26,083 bases of DNA, from the NCBI GenBank assembly GCA_021786105.1, contig JAJYNW010000022.1:1-26083 (forward strand). Reading direction: 5' to 3'. Position numbers and translations under genes: made by a program. Under the pieces are notes generated by a model. That model was not told the origin of the DNA. It saw only the letters and a list, made by a program, of their open reading frames with translations, and searched no databases. Shown here piece after piece: positions 1 through 11,991 of this stretch; position 1 is the stretch's first letter; each line of letters begins with the position of its first letter. The stretch is from a bacterium. Its GTDB lineage: Bacteria; Patescibacteriota; Microgenomatia; Daviesbacterales; UBA10151.

Positions 1-13
1 AATATTTTAGAAT

Positions 14-64
14 ATTAATGGACAGTTCACCTTCTCTCAACAGGAGGTCCTGTCCATTAATTTT
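14..64 (+). terminator. Long hairpin, probable intrinsic terminator of an upstream gene
   Basis: ATTAATGGACAG (14-25) is the exact reverse complement of CTGTCCATTAAT (50-61); inner stem ACCTTCT/AGGAGGT; followed by a short T run. Confidence 0.55.
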
Positions 65-143
65 GCCCATAAGCTACCCCTTAAATGCAAATTAGTTAAT
101 TTCCTGGAATAAGTGCAGGTGGGTCAGGAATCTAGACTCTTGA

Positions 144-2192
<2,049 letters not shown>

Positions 2193-2240
2193 TCCCTGCT
2201 TACACCTGCACTTTTTTACATAAATTGATATACTTTAGGC

Positions 2241-2801
2241 ATGAAGAGAAAAATCGTAGCCAGATTACAACTAAATAACGGAAAAGAAGTTGTTTTCAAA
2301 TATCCTCAAATAGAGGATGCCCTTGAAATGATGAACTATTTTAACGGTCTTTCCAAAGAACAAACGTTTATCACATTCCAAGGAGAGCAAATTTCTTTAG
2401 AGTTTGAACAAAAACGCTTGAAGGAGCTATTGCAAAAGATCAAAAACAAGATGGCAATCCAAATACTGGTTTTTTGCAATTCCCAAGTAATAGCAATTTC
2501 TGATCTTATCATGCGAGAAAGAGCTGAAAAACATATCGGCAGCTTTGGTATTACTGTAGCAAAGGAATTTAGAGGATTGGGAATCGGCAGAAAACTAATG
2601 CAAACTGTTATAGACGAGGCTATTTCCAGAATCCCTCAATTAAAAATACTTGTTCTTGGAGTTTTCAGTGATAACCCAATTGCACAAAACATGTATAAAA
2701 AAATGGGCTTTATAGAGTATGGTTCCTTGCCTCAAGGAGTAATGCACAAGGGACATTTGGATAATCATATTTATATGTACAAAAAAGTAAGGGATTTATG
2801 A
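2241..2801 (+). CDS. GNAT family N-acetyltransferase
   Basis: Acetyl-CoA motif A (GITVAKEFRGLGIGRKLM) and motif B (NPIAQNMYKKMGF); TG-A-TATACT -10 box 6 nt before ATG (leaderless); ATGA overlap with murC. Confidence 0.9.
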   Translation: MKRKIVARLQLNNGKEVVFKYPQIEDALEMMNYFNGLSKEQTFITFQGEQISLEFEQKRLKELLQKIKNKMAIQILVFCNSQVIAISDLIMRERAEKHIGSFGITVAKEFRGLGIGRKLMQTVIDEAISRIPQLKILVLGVFSDNPIAQNMYKKMGFIEYGSLPQGVMHKGHLDNHIYMYKKVRDL

Positions 2802-4129
2802 GTACGCGTGTACATTTTTTAGGAATAGGGGGGAGTGGGGCATCGGCGGCAGCAGCCATTGCCCAAGCTCAAGGCTTTGAGGTTACCGGCTGCGATTTGG
2901 ATCCCCACAATGAATTCACTTCCATTTTCCAGCCGGATCAGCTTCTAACCGGACATTCTTCAAAACATTTAGCCTGCAACCTTTCAGGTTACCGCACAAA
3001 CGTAGACATTTTAGCTGTAACACCAGCCATTTTCTCTCTTGATCCTGACAATCCTGAGCTTTTAGCAGGCAAAGAAAAAAATATTCCCATTCTGACCTGG
3101 CAGCAATTTTTGGGAGAATATTTAGCTAAAGACAAATTTGTGATTGCTGTTTGCGGCACTCACGGCAAAACCACGACAACTGCCATGATTGCCAAACTGT
3201 TGGAAGATGCCGGACTGGACCCAACTGTGGAATTGGGAGCCATTGTGCCAAAATGGAAAACCAATTATCGAATTGGCTCTGGTAAATACTTTGTTGTGGA
3301 AGCTGATGAATTTAATGATAATTTTCTCCACCTGAAACCAGACATCATCGTTGTTACCAATATTGAAATGGATCATCCGGAATATTTCAAAGACTTTGAA
3401 GCAGTTAAGGAGAGCTTTAAAAAGTTTCTGCTTCAAACAAAAGAAGCTGTTGTAGCAAATTTAACTGATCCCGGAGCAGCTGAAGTGGTAAAAGTTGTTA
3501 TGAAAGCTCCACAAAAAAACAAAGTACAATATTTGGATTATTCCAAAAACGAATTAGGCGTGGACTTAAAAATTCCCGGAGGATTTAACAGGTTAAATGC
3601 CAAAGCCGCCATGCAAGTAGGTTTAATTTTAGGAATTAACCCACAAATGATCCAAAAAAGCTTATCCGGTTATACCGGGGTAGGGAGAAGGTTTGAACAT
3701 ATTGGCCAGTTTAAAGGTGCTGAAATTTATAGCGACTTTGGCCACCATCCCACAGAAATACAAAAAACCATGGAAGTAACCAGGGAAAAGTTTCCCAATC
3801 AAAGAATTTTGCTGGTTTACCAGCCACACATGTTTTCCCGCACCAAAGCCCTGTTTGATGATTTTGTCAAAGTTTTTCAAAAACTGCCGGTTGATGAAGC
3901 TTTTATTATCGACATTTACCCGTCCCGGGAAATCGATACTGGTTTAGTTACCAGCCGACAACTAGTGGAAGCTATCCACAAACATTCAGTCAGCTACATC
4001 GGCAGTACCAGCCAAACCCTGGAAAGACTAAAAACTCAAATAGAACCGGGAGATATTGTCTTTTTTATGAGCGCCGGTGATACGGACAAATTAGCTAAAG
4101 AGTTGGTAAAGCGATCTGCTTCAAGTTAG
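2798..4129 (+). CDS. murC: UDP-N-acetylmuramate--L-alanine ligase
   Basis: HFLGIGGSG, P-loop GTHGKTTTT, VEADEF, TNIEMDH, GVGRRFE, DFGHHPTEI, QPHMFSRT. Confidence 0.9.
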   Translation: MSTRVHFLGIGGSGASAAAAIAQAQGFEVTGCDLDPHNEFTSIFQPDQLLTGHSSKHLACNLSGYRTNVDILAVTPAIFSLDPDNPELLAGKEKNIPILTWQQFLGEYLAKDKFVIAVCGTHGKTTTTAMIAKLLEDAGLDPTVELGAIVPKWKTNYRIGSGKYFVVEADEFNDNFLHLKPDIIVVTNIEMDHPEYFKDFEAVKESFKKFLLQTKEAVVANLTDPGAAEVVKVVMKAPQKNKVQYLDYSKNELGVDLKIPGGFNRLNAKAAMQVGLILGINPQMIQKSLSGYTGVGRRFEHIGQFKGAEIYSDFGHHPTEIQKTMEVTREKFPNQRILLVYQPHMFSRTKALFDDFVKVFQKLPVDEAFIIDIYPSREIDTGLVTSRQLVEAIHKHSVSYIGSTSQTLERLKTQIEPGDIVFFMSAGDTDKLAKELVKRSASS

Positions 4130-4898
4130 CGTTTAGGACTTTGCCAAAAAAGCGGCTGGCTACTACCAAAACCCGTTCCGGTGCATCAGTCACATAAAAT
4201 TCATATTTGGGTTTGGCATCTGCCAACAGGTTTTTTTCTTCTAAAAGCTTTTTTAATTTCTCAGCAGTTGGCTTGGCAGAATCCGCTAAAACCACCTCTT
4301 TGCCCATGGTCTTTTGAATAATTTTGTATAGCAGGGGATAGTGGGTACAACCCAAAATTAGCGTATCAATTCCTTTATCTTTTAAGTCCTTTAAATAATC
4401 TTTGGCTACCAGCTCCGTAGCCTGATGATCATCTAGCCCCTCTTCGGCAATCGGCACAAACAAGGGACAGGCGGTACTGTAAACTTGAATTTTGGAATTC
4501 AGGCTCTGAATTTTTTTCTCGTAAGCTTTGCTGTTGATAGTTCCCACCGTGCCAATCACGCCAATTTTATTACTTTTGGAAACCTGAATAGCCATTTCAA
4601 TAGTTGGTTCCACCACCCCCACAACCGGCACCGGAGAAATTTTTTCTATCTCATCCAAGCAGGTGGCGGAAATGGTATTGCAGGCCACCACCAAACATTT
4701 AACCTGGCGTTTGAGTAAGAAATTAGCCAGTTCCTTGGCAAATCTGGTGATCACTTCTTTACTGCGCGGGCCGTAAGGCACTCGAGCTGTATCACCAATG
4801 TAAATTATGCTTTCTCTAGGTAAGGCTTTAACTATTTCTTTAGCCACAGTTAAACCGCCAATACCCGAATCAAACACTCCAATTGGATTGTTATTCAT
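4095..4898 (-). CDS. murI: Glutamate racemase (start set to MNNNPIG)
   Basis: IGVFDSGIGGLTV, DTARVPYG, VACNTIS and LGCTHYP with both catalytic Cys. Confidence 0.96.
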   Translation of the reverse strand: MNNNPIGVFDSGIGGLTVAKEIVKALPRESIIYIGDTARVPYGPRSKEVITRFAKELANFLLKRQVKCLVVACNTISATCLDEIEKISPVPVVGVVEPTIEMAIQVSKSNKIGVIGTVGTINSKAYEKKIQSLNSKIQVYSTACPLFVPIAEEGLDDHQATELVAKDYLKDLKDKGIDTLILGCTHYPLLYKIIQKTMGKEVVLADSAKPTAEKLKKLLEEKNLLADAKPKYEFYVTDAPERVLVVASRFFGKVLNANLKQIALPTL

Positions 4899-4919
4899 AA
4901 GAAAAGTATAATACCACAT
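4899..4919. promoter_or_regulatory. 21-bp bidirectional leaderless promoter for murI and murD
   Basis: TATAAT (+, 4907-4912) 7 nt before the murD ATG; TATACT (-, 4910-4905) 6 nt before the murI ATG; no Shine-Dalgarno. Confidence 0.65.
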
Positions 4920-6230
4920 ATGCCATCGTTTAAAGACAAAAAAATCTTGGTCTTTGGCCTGGGTTTAAACCAAGGCGGAGTGGGATCAGCTAAATTTTTT
5001 GCCCAAAATGGAGCCGAAGTTAGAATCACTGATTTAAAATCGAAAGAGATTCTAAAAAGTTCCCTGGATCAACTCAAAGATTTTCCCCAAATTTCCTATA
5101 CCTTAGGAGAGCATAAATATGAAGATCTTGACTGGGCAGATATTGTGATAAAAAATCCGGCGGTTAAACCGGGAAATCCTTTCATGGAATACGCCCATAA
5201 AAACCATAAAGAGGTGGAAACAGACATGGGCATATTTTTGCAATTTGTTAAATCGAATCAAATCGTGGGTGTCACTGGAACAAAAGGCAAATCTACTACT
5301 GCTTCATTAGCATATGGTGTGTTAAAAAACGGCAGCAAAGATGTGATTTTGGCCGGAAATATTGGTATTAGTGTTTTGGATTCAATCCAGTATATTAAAA
5401 AAAATACCTTAGTGGTTTTGGAAATTTCCTCATTCCAATTAGAAGCATTCCAAGCGCACCAAGTTTCCCCCAAGTGGGCAATTGTAACCAATATTACCCC
5501 TGATCATCTTAATTACTACAATTCCATGGATGAATATATTGCAGTCAAAAAAGTAATCGGGCTTTATCAAACACCGCAAGATTTTCTCTTTATAAACAAA
5601 GACGATCCAACCACCAATAATCCAGGATTTTTAAACGATCTACAAGGTCAAATTACTTTTTACTCCAGCACAGATTTGCCGGAAGATTTTCAACCAATCT
5701 TAAAAGGAGAGCACAATAAATCTAATATCGCTGCAGCTCTGGCACTAGGAAAAACATTCAATATCGACTCAAACCTCTTGCTTAAAACTCTTGCTGATTT
5801 TAAAGGCGTACCCTTTCGGATGGAACTTATTAAAGAGTGGGGCGGGATTAAAATCTACAACGACACTACCGCCACCAGCCCAGAGGCCGGAATTAGGGCT
5901 GTTGAAACTTTTCCCAATTGTATTTTAATTTGCGGAGGCATGAATAAAAAAATGGATTATACAAAATATGCCGAAAGCTTAAGAAAAAATGTTAAAAAAG
6001 TCTTCTTTTTGGAAGGAGATTCTACTGAAGAAATTCAAAAGCTTTTAGGAAATAATTCCAAAACTTACAATAATTTGGAAGTTTTACTGCAAGATATTAA
6101 AAAAGAAGCTAAACCAGGAGACATTATTATCTTTTCTCCTGCCGCCACATCATTCAATTTGTTCCAAAATGAATTTGACCGCGGTAGAAAATTTAACGAA
6201 GCTGTCCGGAAAGTTTTTAACGATGCTTAA
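4920..6230 (+). CDS. murD: UDP-N-acetylmuramoyl-L-alanine--D-glutamate ligase
   Basis: GLGLNQGG, GVTGTKGKSTT, AGNIG, LEISSFQL, NITPDHL, YNDTTATSP, FSPAATSF, F..EFDRG..F. Confidence 0.94.
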   Translation: MPSFKDKKILVFGLGLNQGGVGSAKFFAQNGAEVRITDLKSKEILKSSLDQLKDFPQISYTLGEHKYEDLDWADIVIKNPAVKPGNPFMEYAHKNHKEVETDMGIFLQFVKSNQIVGVTGTKGKSTTASLAYGVLKNGSKDVILAGNIGISVLDSIQYIKKNTLVVLEISSFQLEAFQAHQVSPKWAIVTNITPDHLNYYNSMDEYIAVKKVIGLYQTPQDFLFINKDDPTTNNPGFLNDLQGQITFYSSTDLPEDFQPILKGEHNKSNIAAALALGKTFNIDSNLLLKTLADFKGVPFRMELIKEWGGIKIYNDTTATSPEAGIRAVETFPNCILICGGMNKKMDYTKYAESLRKNVKKVFFLEGDSTEEIQKLLGNNSKTYNNLEVLLQDIKKEAKPGDIIIFSPAATSFNLFQNEFDRGRKFNEAVRKVFNDA

Positions 6231-7356
6231 ATTTTTAAATTTATTTAAAAAAAGATACCAGACACTAAATAAAATTGAAATTTCACAAAACAATTTATTA
6301 CACAATTACCACTATTTGTCCTCGTTAGATAAAAAAGTACTGATCGCACCGGTGATGAAAAGCAACGGTTACGGTCATGGAATAACCAACGTGGGAAAAA
6401 TTTTAGATTCAGTAAATGCGCCTTTCTTTTGTGTTGATTCTCTTTTTGAAGCTTATGAACTGCAAAAAGCTAATATCAAAACTCCAGTTCTAGTCATGGG
6501 TTATTCCAATCCAGAAAATTTAAAGGTTAAAACACTGCCATTTTCTTTCGCTGTTTATGATCTTGAAACTACCAAGGTTTTAAATGAATTCCAACCAGGC
6601 TGCGGAGTCCATATTTTTGTAGACACTGGCATGCATCGGGAAGGAGTACCTGTTGAAAATCTACCCGAATTTCTTAACCAGATTAAAAAACTGACTAACA
6701 TCAAAATCGAAGGATTAATGTCACATCTGGCCTCATCCGAATCACGAAAGGATCCGCTTTTCCTAAACCAAATTAAACAATACAAAAAGGCCAAAGGAAT
6801 TCTCAAAAAGCATAAAATTCACCCTAAGTGGTTTCATATTGCCGCCACCGGCAGCCTAATCAATCCACAAACCAGACCAATTATTGCTGAAGTTTCTAAT
6901 TTAGCCCGGGCCGGTTTAGCCCTATACGGCTATTCATCATCCATGCCGGATCAGAATTTAAAGCCAACTTTAACACTAACCACTAAAATTGCCCAAATTA
7001 AAAAGGTTTCCAGAGGGGAAAAATTAGGTTATGATGGCACCTATACTGCCAAAAAAGATATGACTATTGCGGTTTTACCAATCGGTTATTATGACGGGGT
7101 AGACCGAAGATTATCTAACAAAGGAGCATTTTCCATAAATGATATTTCGTGCCCAATAATCGGCAGAGTCAGTATGAATTTAAATATAACTGATGTCAGT
7201 AGTGTCCCAAATCCCAAAGTTGGGCAAGAAGTGGTAGTATATTCCTGCAATCCAGCAGATAAAAATTCTCTTGGCAATGCAGCTAAAATTTGTAAAACCA
7301 TTCCTTACGATCTGCTGGTAAACTTAGCAGAAACAACCAGAAGGGAAGTTATATGA
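6223..7356 (+). CDS. alr: Alanine racemase (start set to the ATG overlapping the murD stop)
   Basis: PLP-Lys motif PVMKSNGYGHG, DTGMHREG, GLMSHLA, LGYDG (catalytic Tyr), IGYYDG, GRVSM. Confidence 0.94.
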   Translation: MLKFLNLFKKRYQTLNKIEISQNNLLHNYHYLSSLDKKVLIAPVMKSNGYGHGITNVGKILDSVNAPFFCVDSLFEAYELQKANIKTPVLVMGYSNPENLKVKTLPFSFAVYDLETTKVLNEFQPGCGVHIFVDTGMHREGVPVENLPEFLNQIKKLTNIKIEGLMSHLASSESRKDPLFLNQIKQYKKAKGILKKHKIHPKWFHIAATGSLINPQTRPIIAEVSNLARAGLALYGYSSSMPDQNLKPTLTLTTKIAQIKKVSRGEKLGYDGTYTAKKDMTIAVLPIGYYDGVDRRLSNKGAFSINDISCPIIGRVSMNLNITDVSSVPNPKVGQEVVVYSCNPADKNSLGNAAKICKTIPYDLLVNLAETTRREVI

Positions 7357-8261
7357 AAATTTTACTAGTCACAGGCGGAACCACTTCCGAACGGCGGATT
7401 TCTTTGATGTCGGCAAAGCAGGTCAAGAAGGGCCTGGAAGAATCCGGCCACCAAGTTAGACTGTTTGATTTTAAAAAGGGATCAGCACAGCTTAAAAATC
7501 TGGTTAAAGATTTTGATGTAGTCTTTCCGTTGATCCACGGCAAACAGGGAGAAGATGGCAGTCTGTATAAAACTCTGCAAAAGCTGGGCACACCTTTTGT
7601 GGGTTGTAAGCCGGAAGCAACCAAAAAAGCTTTTGACAAAATTCTTTCCAACAATATGTTTGACCAAGAAAAATTGCCCAGACCGAAATGGAAAATCGTA
7701 AAAAATATTGATGACATCAAAAAATTTGGCTTTCCTTGTGTTTTAAAAGCCGCTTCAGGCGGATCATCCAGGGAAGTAGCTATTCTGCATTCTGAAAAGA
7801 ATACCAAAAAAAAATTAGTCAGGAAAATTTTATCTCTTAAAGACCGATTCTTTGTAGAACAACTCATTAACGGAACAGAAATAACAATCGGAGTATTTTC
7901 TAACCACGCGCTTCCGGTCATAGAAATCATTCCACCAGTAGGCGGCTGGTTTGATTATCAGAATAAATACAGCGGACAAAGCCGGGAAATTGTTGGAGCT
8001 CCATCTGTTGATGAAAAAACTAAAAAGCTTGCTCAACAAATTGCTTTAAAAATTCATAAAAAATTTAATCTTTCTCCCTATTCCAGAACCGATTTCATAG
8101 TTTTAGATAATACCCCTTATGTCTTAGAAGTAAATCCACCTTGTGGAGTAGGACTTACTTCGCAATCCCTTTTCCCCAAAGCAGCAGCAGCAATAGGCCT
8201 GACCTTCCCCAAACTCTTGGATAAAATAGTTAAATTAGCGTATGAAAATAAACAAGTTTGA
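7353..8261 (+). CDS. ddl: D-alanine--D-alanine ligase
   Basis: GGTTSERRISLMSA, HGKQGEDG, SGGSS, FDYQNKY omega loop, RTDF, LEVN; ATGA overlap with alr. Confidence 0.92.
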   Translation: MKILLVTGGTTSERRISLMSAKQVKKGLEESGHQVRLFDFKKGSAQLKNLVKDFDVVFPLIHGKQGEDGSLYKTLQKLGTPFVGCKPEATKKAFDKILSNNMFDQEKLPRPKWKIVKNIDDIKKFGFPCVLKAASGGSSREVAILHSEKNTKKKLVRKILSLKDRFFVEQLINGTEITIGVFSNHALPVIEIIPPVGGWFDYQNKYSGQSREIVGAPSVDEKTKKLAQQIALKIHKKFNLSPYSRTDFIVLDNTPYVLEVNPPCGVGLTSQSLFPKAAAAIGLTFPKLLDKIVKLAYENKQV

Positions 8262-8888
8262 TATTAACGCATTAAAATTCCTCAGACCAAATGATCCGCG
8301 ATTAAAAAAAGTTTCCCAGGAAATTCCTCAGAATCAAATTAATTCAAAGAGCATCCAAAAAATTATTGAAACTATGCGGGGAGTGGCTTATGGTGAGCAA
8401 AAAGACCAGAAAAAACCTATCATGGTGGGACTGGCTGCCCGCAAATTGGGATTTTTAAAAGAATAATTTTGGTAGATGTTAAAGCTGACGGAAAAGGTAA
8501 GATAGGAGATTTAAGAGTTTACATAAATCCACAGATCACTTGGGCTTCAAAACGGGAAGGGGAGTGGTATGAAGGCTGTTATTCAACTGGTCGAATTTGC
8601 GGCATTGTTTCCCGCCCTCAAACCATAAAAGTTAAAGCTTTTACCTTAAAATCCTGGGGTGTAAACCTGATTTCACCCCTAGGGTGGCAGATGATCAAAG
8701 AGGAGTGGACAGGATATGTAGCCAGGATTTTTCAACATGAAATTGATCATCTAAATGGCAAATTTTTTATTGACCATATCCAAAATCCCGACTATTTACA
8801 CTGGGTAGAAAAGAATGAATTTCCCCTTTATAGAAACAAACAGGCTTGGAAAAATTGGCCCAAAAAATACCCTTTACCCCTTGCTTAA
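8242..8888 (+). pseudogene. def: Peptide deformylase with a 1-bp frameshift (true lesion or assembly error)
   Basis: Adding one C at 8438-8440 joins ORFs 8242-8466 and 8469-8888 and restores motif 1 VGLAAPQIG; motif 2 EGCYS and motif 3 QHEIDHLNG are intact. Confidence 0.88.
8653..8687. repeat. REP-like palindromic doublet inside def
   Basis: CCTGGGGTG...CACCCCTAGGGTGG; the CACC-N5-GGTG hairpin matches the repeats flanking the RAYT gene. Confidence 0.6.
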
Positions 8889-8948
8889 TACAGGCTAAAA
8901 AAGTATAATTTGAATAGAGCTGCAAGCTCTTTTTTCGTTAAAAACCTC

Positions 8949-11474
8949 ATGTCAAACATTGGTAAAATTCAACCAGCACCTATTATTGACGAGATGCAAA
9001 AATCCTATTTGGATTATGCCATGTCAGTCATTGTTTCCCGGGCTTTGCCGGACGTTAGAGACGGCCTAAAACCGGTCCAAAGAAGGATTATTTTTGCCAT
9101 GCACGCCCAAGGCTTACACCACACTTCACGCTTCCAAAAATCTGCTGCGGTGGTCGGAGAAGTCTTGAAAAATTTCCACCCGCACGGTGACGCCCCGGTT
9201 TACGAAGCAATGGTCAGAATGGCCCAAAACTTTTCCATGAGATATATGCTGGTAGACGGCCAGGGAAACTTTGGTTCAATTGACGGCGATTCTCCGGCTG
9301 CCATGAGGTATACCGAAGCCCGGTTGTCTGCCATTTCCGAAGAGCTTCTTCGTGACATTAACAAGAACACCGTTGATTTTATTGATAATTATTCCGGCAC
9401 CACCAAGGAGCCGGTTCTTTTACCCTCCGTTATACCAAACTTACTGTTGAATGGTGCTTCCGGAATTGCCGTAGGTATGGCCACCCAAATTCCGCCTCAT
9501 AATTTAGGCGAAGTTTGCGATGCGTTGGTTTACATGATTGACCACCCGGCCAAAAAAACAGCGGAACCCAGTGAAAACAAAACCGCAGAAACAACTGACG
9601 AATCAACTCATGAAGGTTTTCAATCAGAGGCCACAGTTGAAGATCTAATCGAGTTTGTCAAAGGCCCGGATTTTCCCACCGGTGCTTCCATTTATGACCA
9701 AACTGAAATTCTGGCAGCATATGCTACCGGCAAAGGCCGGATTGTGATGCGGGCCAAAGCGGAAATTGATGAAACTGCTGCCGGAAAAATGCAAATCATT
9801 GTGTCTGAACTGCCGTACCAGGTTAACAAAGCCACTTTAATTGCCAGAATTGCCGAATTGGTTAAAGATAAAAAGCTGGAAGGCATTGCCGATTTACGGG
9901 ATGAATCTGACCGCAAGCAAATGGTCAGGATTGTTTTTGATTTAAAGAGAGATGCTAAACCTCAATCCATTTTAAATAACCTTTACAAATACACTGCCAT
10001 GCAATCCGTTTTCAATGTGAATCTAGTGGCCCTGCTCGACGGCGTACCTCATTTGCTAACTTTAAAACATGTCTTAGAAGAATTTGTTTATCATAGACAA
10101 GTCGTTGTCAGAAAAAGATCAGAATTTGAACTGGCCGAAGCTAAAGCCCGCGAACATATCTTGGAAGGACTAAAAATTGCCGTTGATAATATTGATGCAG
10201 TAATTGAAACTATTAAAAAATCCAAAGACTCTGATGACGCCAGACAGAATTTGATAACTAAATTCAAACTCACTGAAATTCAAGCTGTGGCTATTTTAGA
10301 CATGCAGCTTCGAAGACTGGCTGCCTTGGAAAGGCAAAAAATTGAGGATGAACTGAAAATGGTCCGCGAAACAATTGCTTATTTGGAAGATTTGTTGGCT
10401 CATCCGGAAAAAATCTTGAAAGTTATCAAAGATGAACTTATTAAAATTAAAGAAAAGTATGGAGATGACCGAAGAACCAGAGTTTACAAACAAAAGGTTG
10501 GAGAATTTTCCGAGGAAGATTTAGTACCAAATGAGTTAACCATCGTCACCATTACGGGGGGCGGCTACATTAAACGCCAGGCTCCAATGTCTTTCCGGAC
10601 TCAAGCCAGAGGCGGCAAGGGAGTAATGGGAATTTCCACCAAAGAAACTGATGCCGTTTCCCACATTTTCTATACTCAAACTCACGACAGCATTCTCTTT
10701 TTCACTGACAAAGGTAGAGTTTTCCAGATTAAAGTCTGGGAAATCCCGGAAACTCAACGGGCTGCCAAAGGTCAGGCCGTGGTTAACTTGATCAATGTAG
10801 AACAAGGTGAAAAGATTACAGCAGTTTTAACCACCCGCCAAAAAGGCGAAAGTGCCCAATACTTCTTCATGTGCACCAAAAAAGGCACAGTTAAGAAAAC
10901 TTCTTTAAGCGAATATGCCAATATCAGGAAAAACGGTTTAGTAGCTATTAAGTTAGATTCCGGGGATGAACTTGGCTGGGTTGTGCCCACAGGTGGCAAA
11001 GATGATGTAATTATTGTCTCAAGGGACGGCAAATCAATTAGGTTTTCAGAAACCCAAGTTAAACCAACCCACAGAGATACCTCGGGCGTCAGGGGAGTTA
11101 AACTTGGCAAAGAGGATGAGGTAGTATCACTAAACTTGGTACAAAACGATGAAGATAAATTATTGGTGGTGATGGAAAATGGTTTAGGTAAAAAAACACC
11201 TTTCTCAGCTTGGAGCAAACAGGGCAGGGGAGGACAGGGAGTCAAGGCGGCCCAGGTAACTGCCAAAACCGGACCGATTGTAACAGCCCAAGCAATAGAC
11301 GGCAAAATGGATACTTTGGTGCTGACTTCCACTAAGGGACAACTGATCAAAATGAACTTAGCCGAAGTTCCCACGTTACAAAGACAAACTCAAGGTGTTA
11401 TATTAATGAGGGTGAGACCTGGTGAAAAAGTGGCAGCAGCCACCGTGGTAGCATCTAAGGAAAAGACAGAGTAA
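8949..11474 (+). CDS. gyrA: DNA gyrase subunit A (start set to ATG 8949)
   Basis: [29 protein letters not shown] (catalytic Tyr), GPDFPTG, GyrA-box QARGGKG, C-terminal beta-pinwheel repeats. Confidence 0.97.
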   Translation: MSNIGKIQPAPIIDEMQKSYLDYAMSVIVSRALPDVRDGLKPVQRRIIFAMHAQGLHHTSRFQKSAAVVGEVLKNFHPHGDAPVYEAMVRMAQNFSMRYMLVDGQGNFGSIDGDSPAAMRYTEARLSAISEELLRDINKNTVDFIDNYSGTTKEPVLLPSVIPNLLLNGASGIAVGMATQIPPHNLGEVCDALVYMIDHPAKKTAEPSENKTAETTDESTHEGFQSEATVEDLIEFVKGPDFPTGASIYDQTEILAAYATGKGRIVMRAKAEIDETAAGKMQIIVSELPYQVNKATLIARIAELVKDKKLEGIADLRDESDRKQMVRIVFDLKRDAKPQSILNNLYKYTAMQSVFNVNLVALLDGVPHLLTLKHVLEEFVYHRQVVVRKRSEFELAEAKAREHILEGLKIAVDNIDAVIETIKKSKDSDDARQNLITKFKLTEIQAVAILDMQLRRLAALERQKIEDELKMVRETIAYLEDLLAHPEKILKVIKDELIKIKEKYGDDRRTRVYKQKVGEFSEEDLVPNELTIVTITGGGYIKRQAPMSFRTQARGGKGVMGISTKETDAVSHIFYTQTHDSILFFTDKGRVFQIKVWEIPETQRAAKGQAVVNLINVEQGEKITAVLTTRQKGESAQYFFMCTKKGTVKKTSLSEYANIRKNGLVAIKLDSGDELGWVVPTGGKDDVIIVSRDGKSIRFSETQVKPTHRDTSGVRGVKLGKEDEVVSLNLVQNDEDKLLVVMENGLGKKTPFSAWSKQGRGGQGVKAAQVTAKTGPIVTAQAIDGKMDTLVLTSTKGQLIKMNLAEVPTLQRQTQGVILMRVRPGEKVAAATVVASKEKTE

Positions 11475-11481
11475 AGCTCAA

Positions 11482-11691
11482 ATGTCCAAAGAGAAAATCT
11501 TATCAACTCTAGCCATTATTTATTTCATGTTCGGCTTTGTCTTCGCCATTACCTTTGCCCTTTATTACCGCTGGCCCGGATTAGCTTTCTTGTCACCGGG
11601 ATTTTATAGTGTAATCTTCACCTGGCCATATCAGGCAATTGGTTTTACCAATGACCTTCTGCAGTTCGGTCTGGCCGGCAAACCCATCTAA
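11482..11691 (+). CDS. Small hypothetical membrane protein
   Basis: 69 aa, hydrophobic/aromatic TM-like segments, 7 bp after the gyrA stop. Confidence 0.65.
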   Translation: MSKEKILSTLAIIYFMFGFVFAITFALYYRWPGLAFLSPGFYSVIFTWPYQAIGFTNDLLQFGLAGKPI

Positions 11692-11694
11692 AAT

Positions 11695-11991
11695 ATGAGA
11701 ATTGGAATAGAATTTGAAGCATTTAAAGCTGTTACCATGGAGGGAATTGCAGAATTTCATGCAGCCCAAGTAAAAGCAGACATGAACGGACCTCTAGCAG
11801 ATGTTTGTTGTTTAGTTGGAGGAGTGGTTGGTGGATTTATGGTTTACCCATTCCGCCGCGTAGTAACCGCAAGTCTCCAGAGACGATTATTCAACAAAGT
11901 ACATCTAGAGCCTCCACCCTCCAGGTGGGATAGCTTGACACCTAATCTTTTTTGCCATATTTTAAAGATATGGCTACTAATAGGAAATTAA
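11695..11991 (+). CDS. Hypothetical protein whose 3' end reads through a REP copy and the transposase promoter
   Basis: ATG 3 bp after the previous stop; one hydrophobic segment (VCCLVGGVVGGFMVYPF); C-terminus encoded by repeat/promoter DNA. Confidence 0.4.
   Translation: MRIGIEFEAFKAVTMEGIAEFHAAQVKADMNGPLADVCCLVGGVVGGFMVYPFRRVVTASLQRRLFNKVHLEPPPSRWDSLTPNLFCHILKIWLLIGN
11914..11927 (+). repeat. REP-like palindrome left of RAYT
   Basis: CCACCCTCCAGGTG, the exact reverse complement of 12670-12683; itself a CACC-N5-GGTG hairpin. Confidence 0.75.
11935..11963 (+). promoter_or_regulatory. Sigma70 promoter, leaderless transposase mRNA
   Basis: TTGACA (11935-11940), 17 bp, TATTTT (11958-11963), 6 nt, ATG 11970. 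Confidence 0.55.

Noticed and set aside
7353-8261. VanA-type D-Ala-D-Lac ligase
   Set aside because: The omega loop keeps Tyr (DYQNKY) and there are no vanH/vanX neighbours
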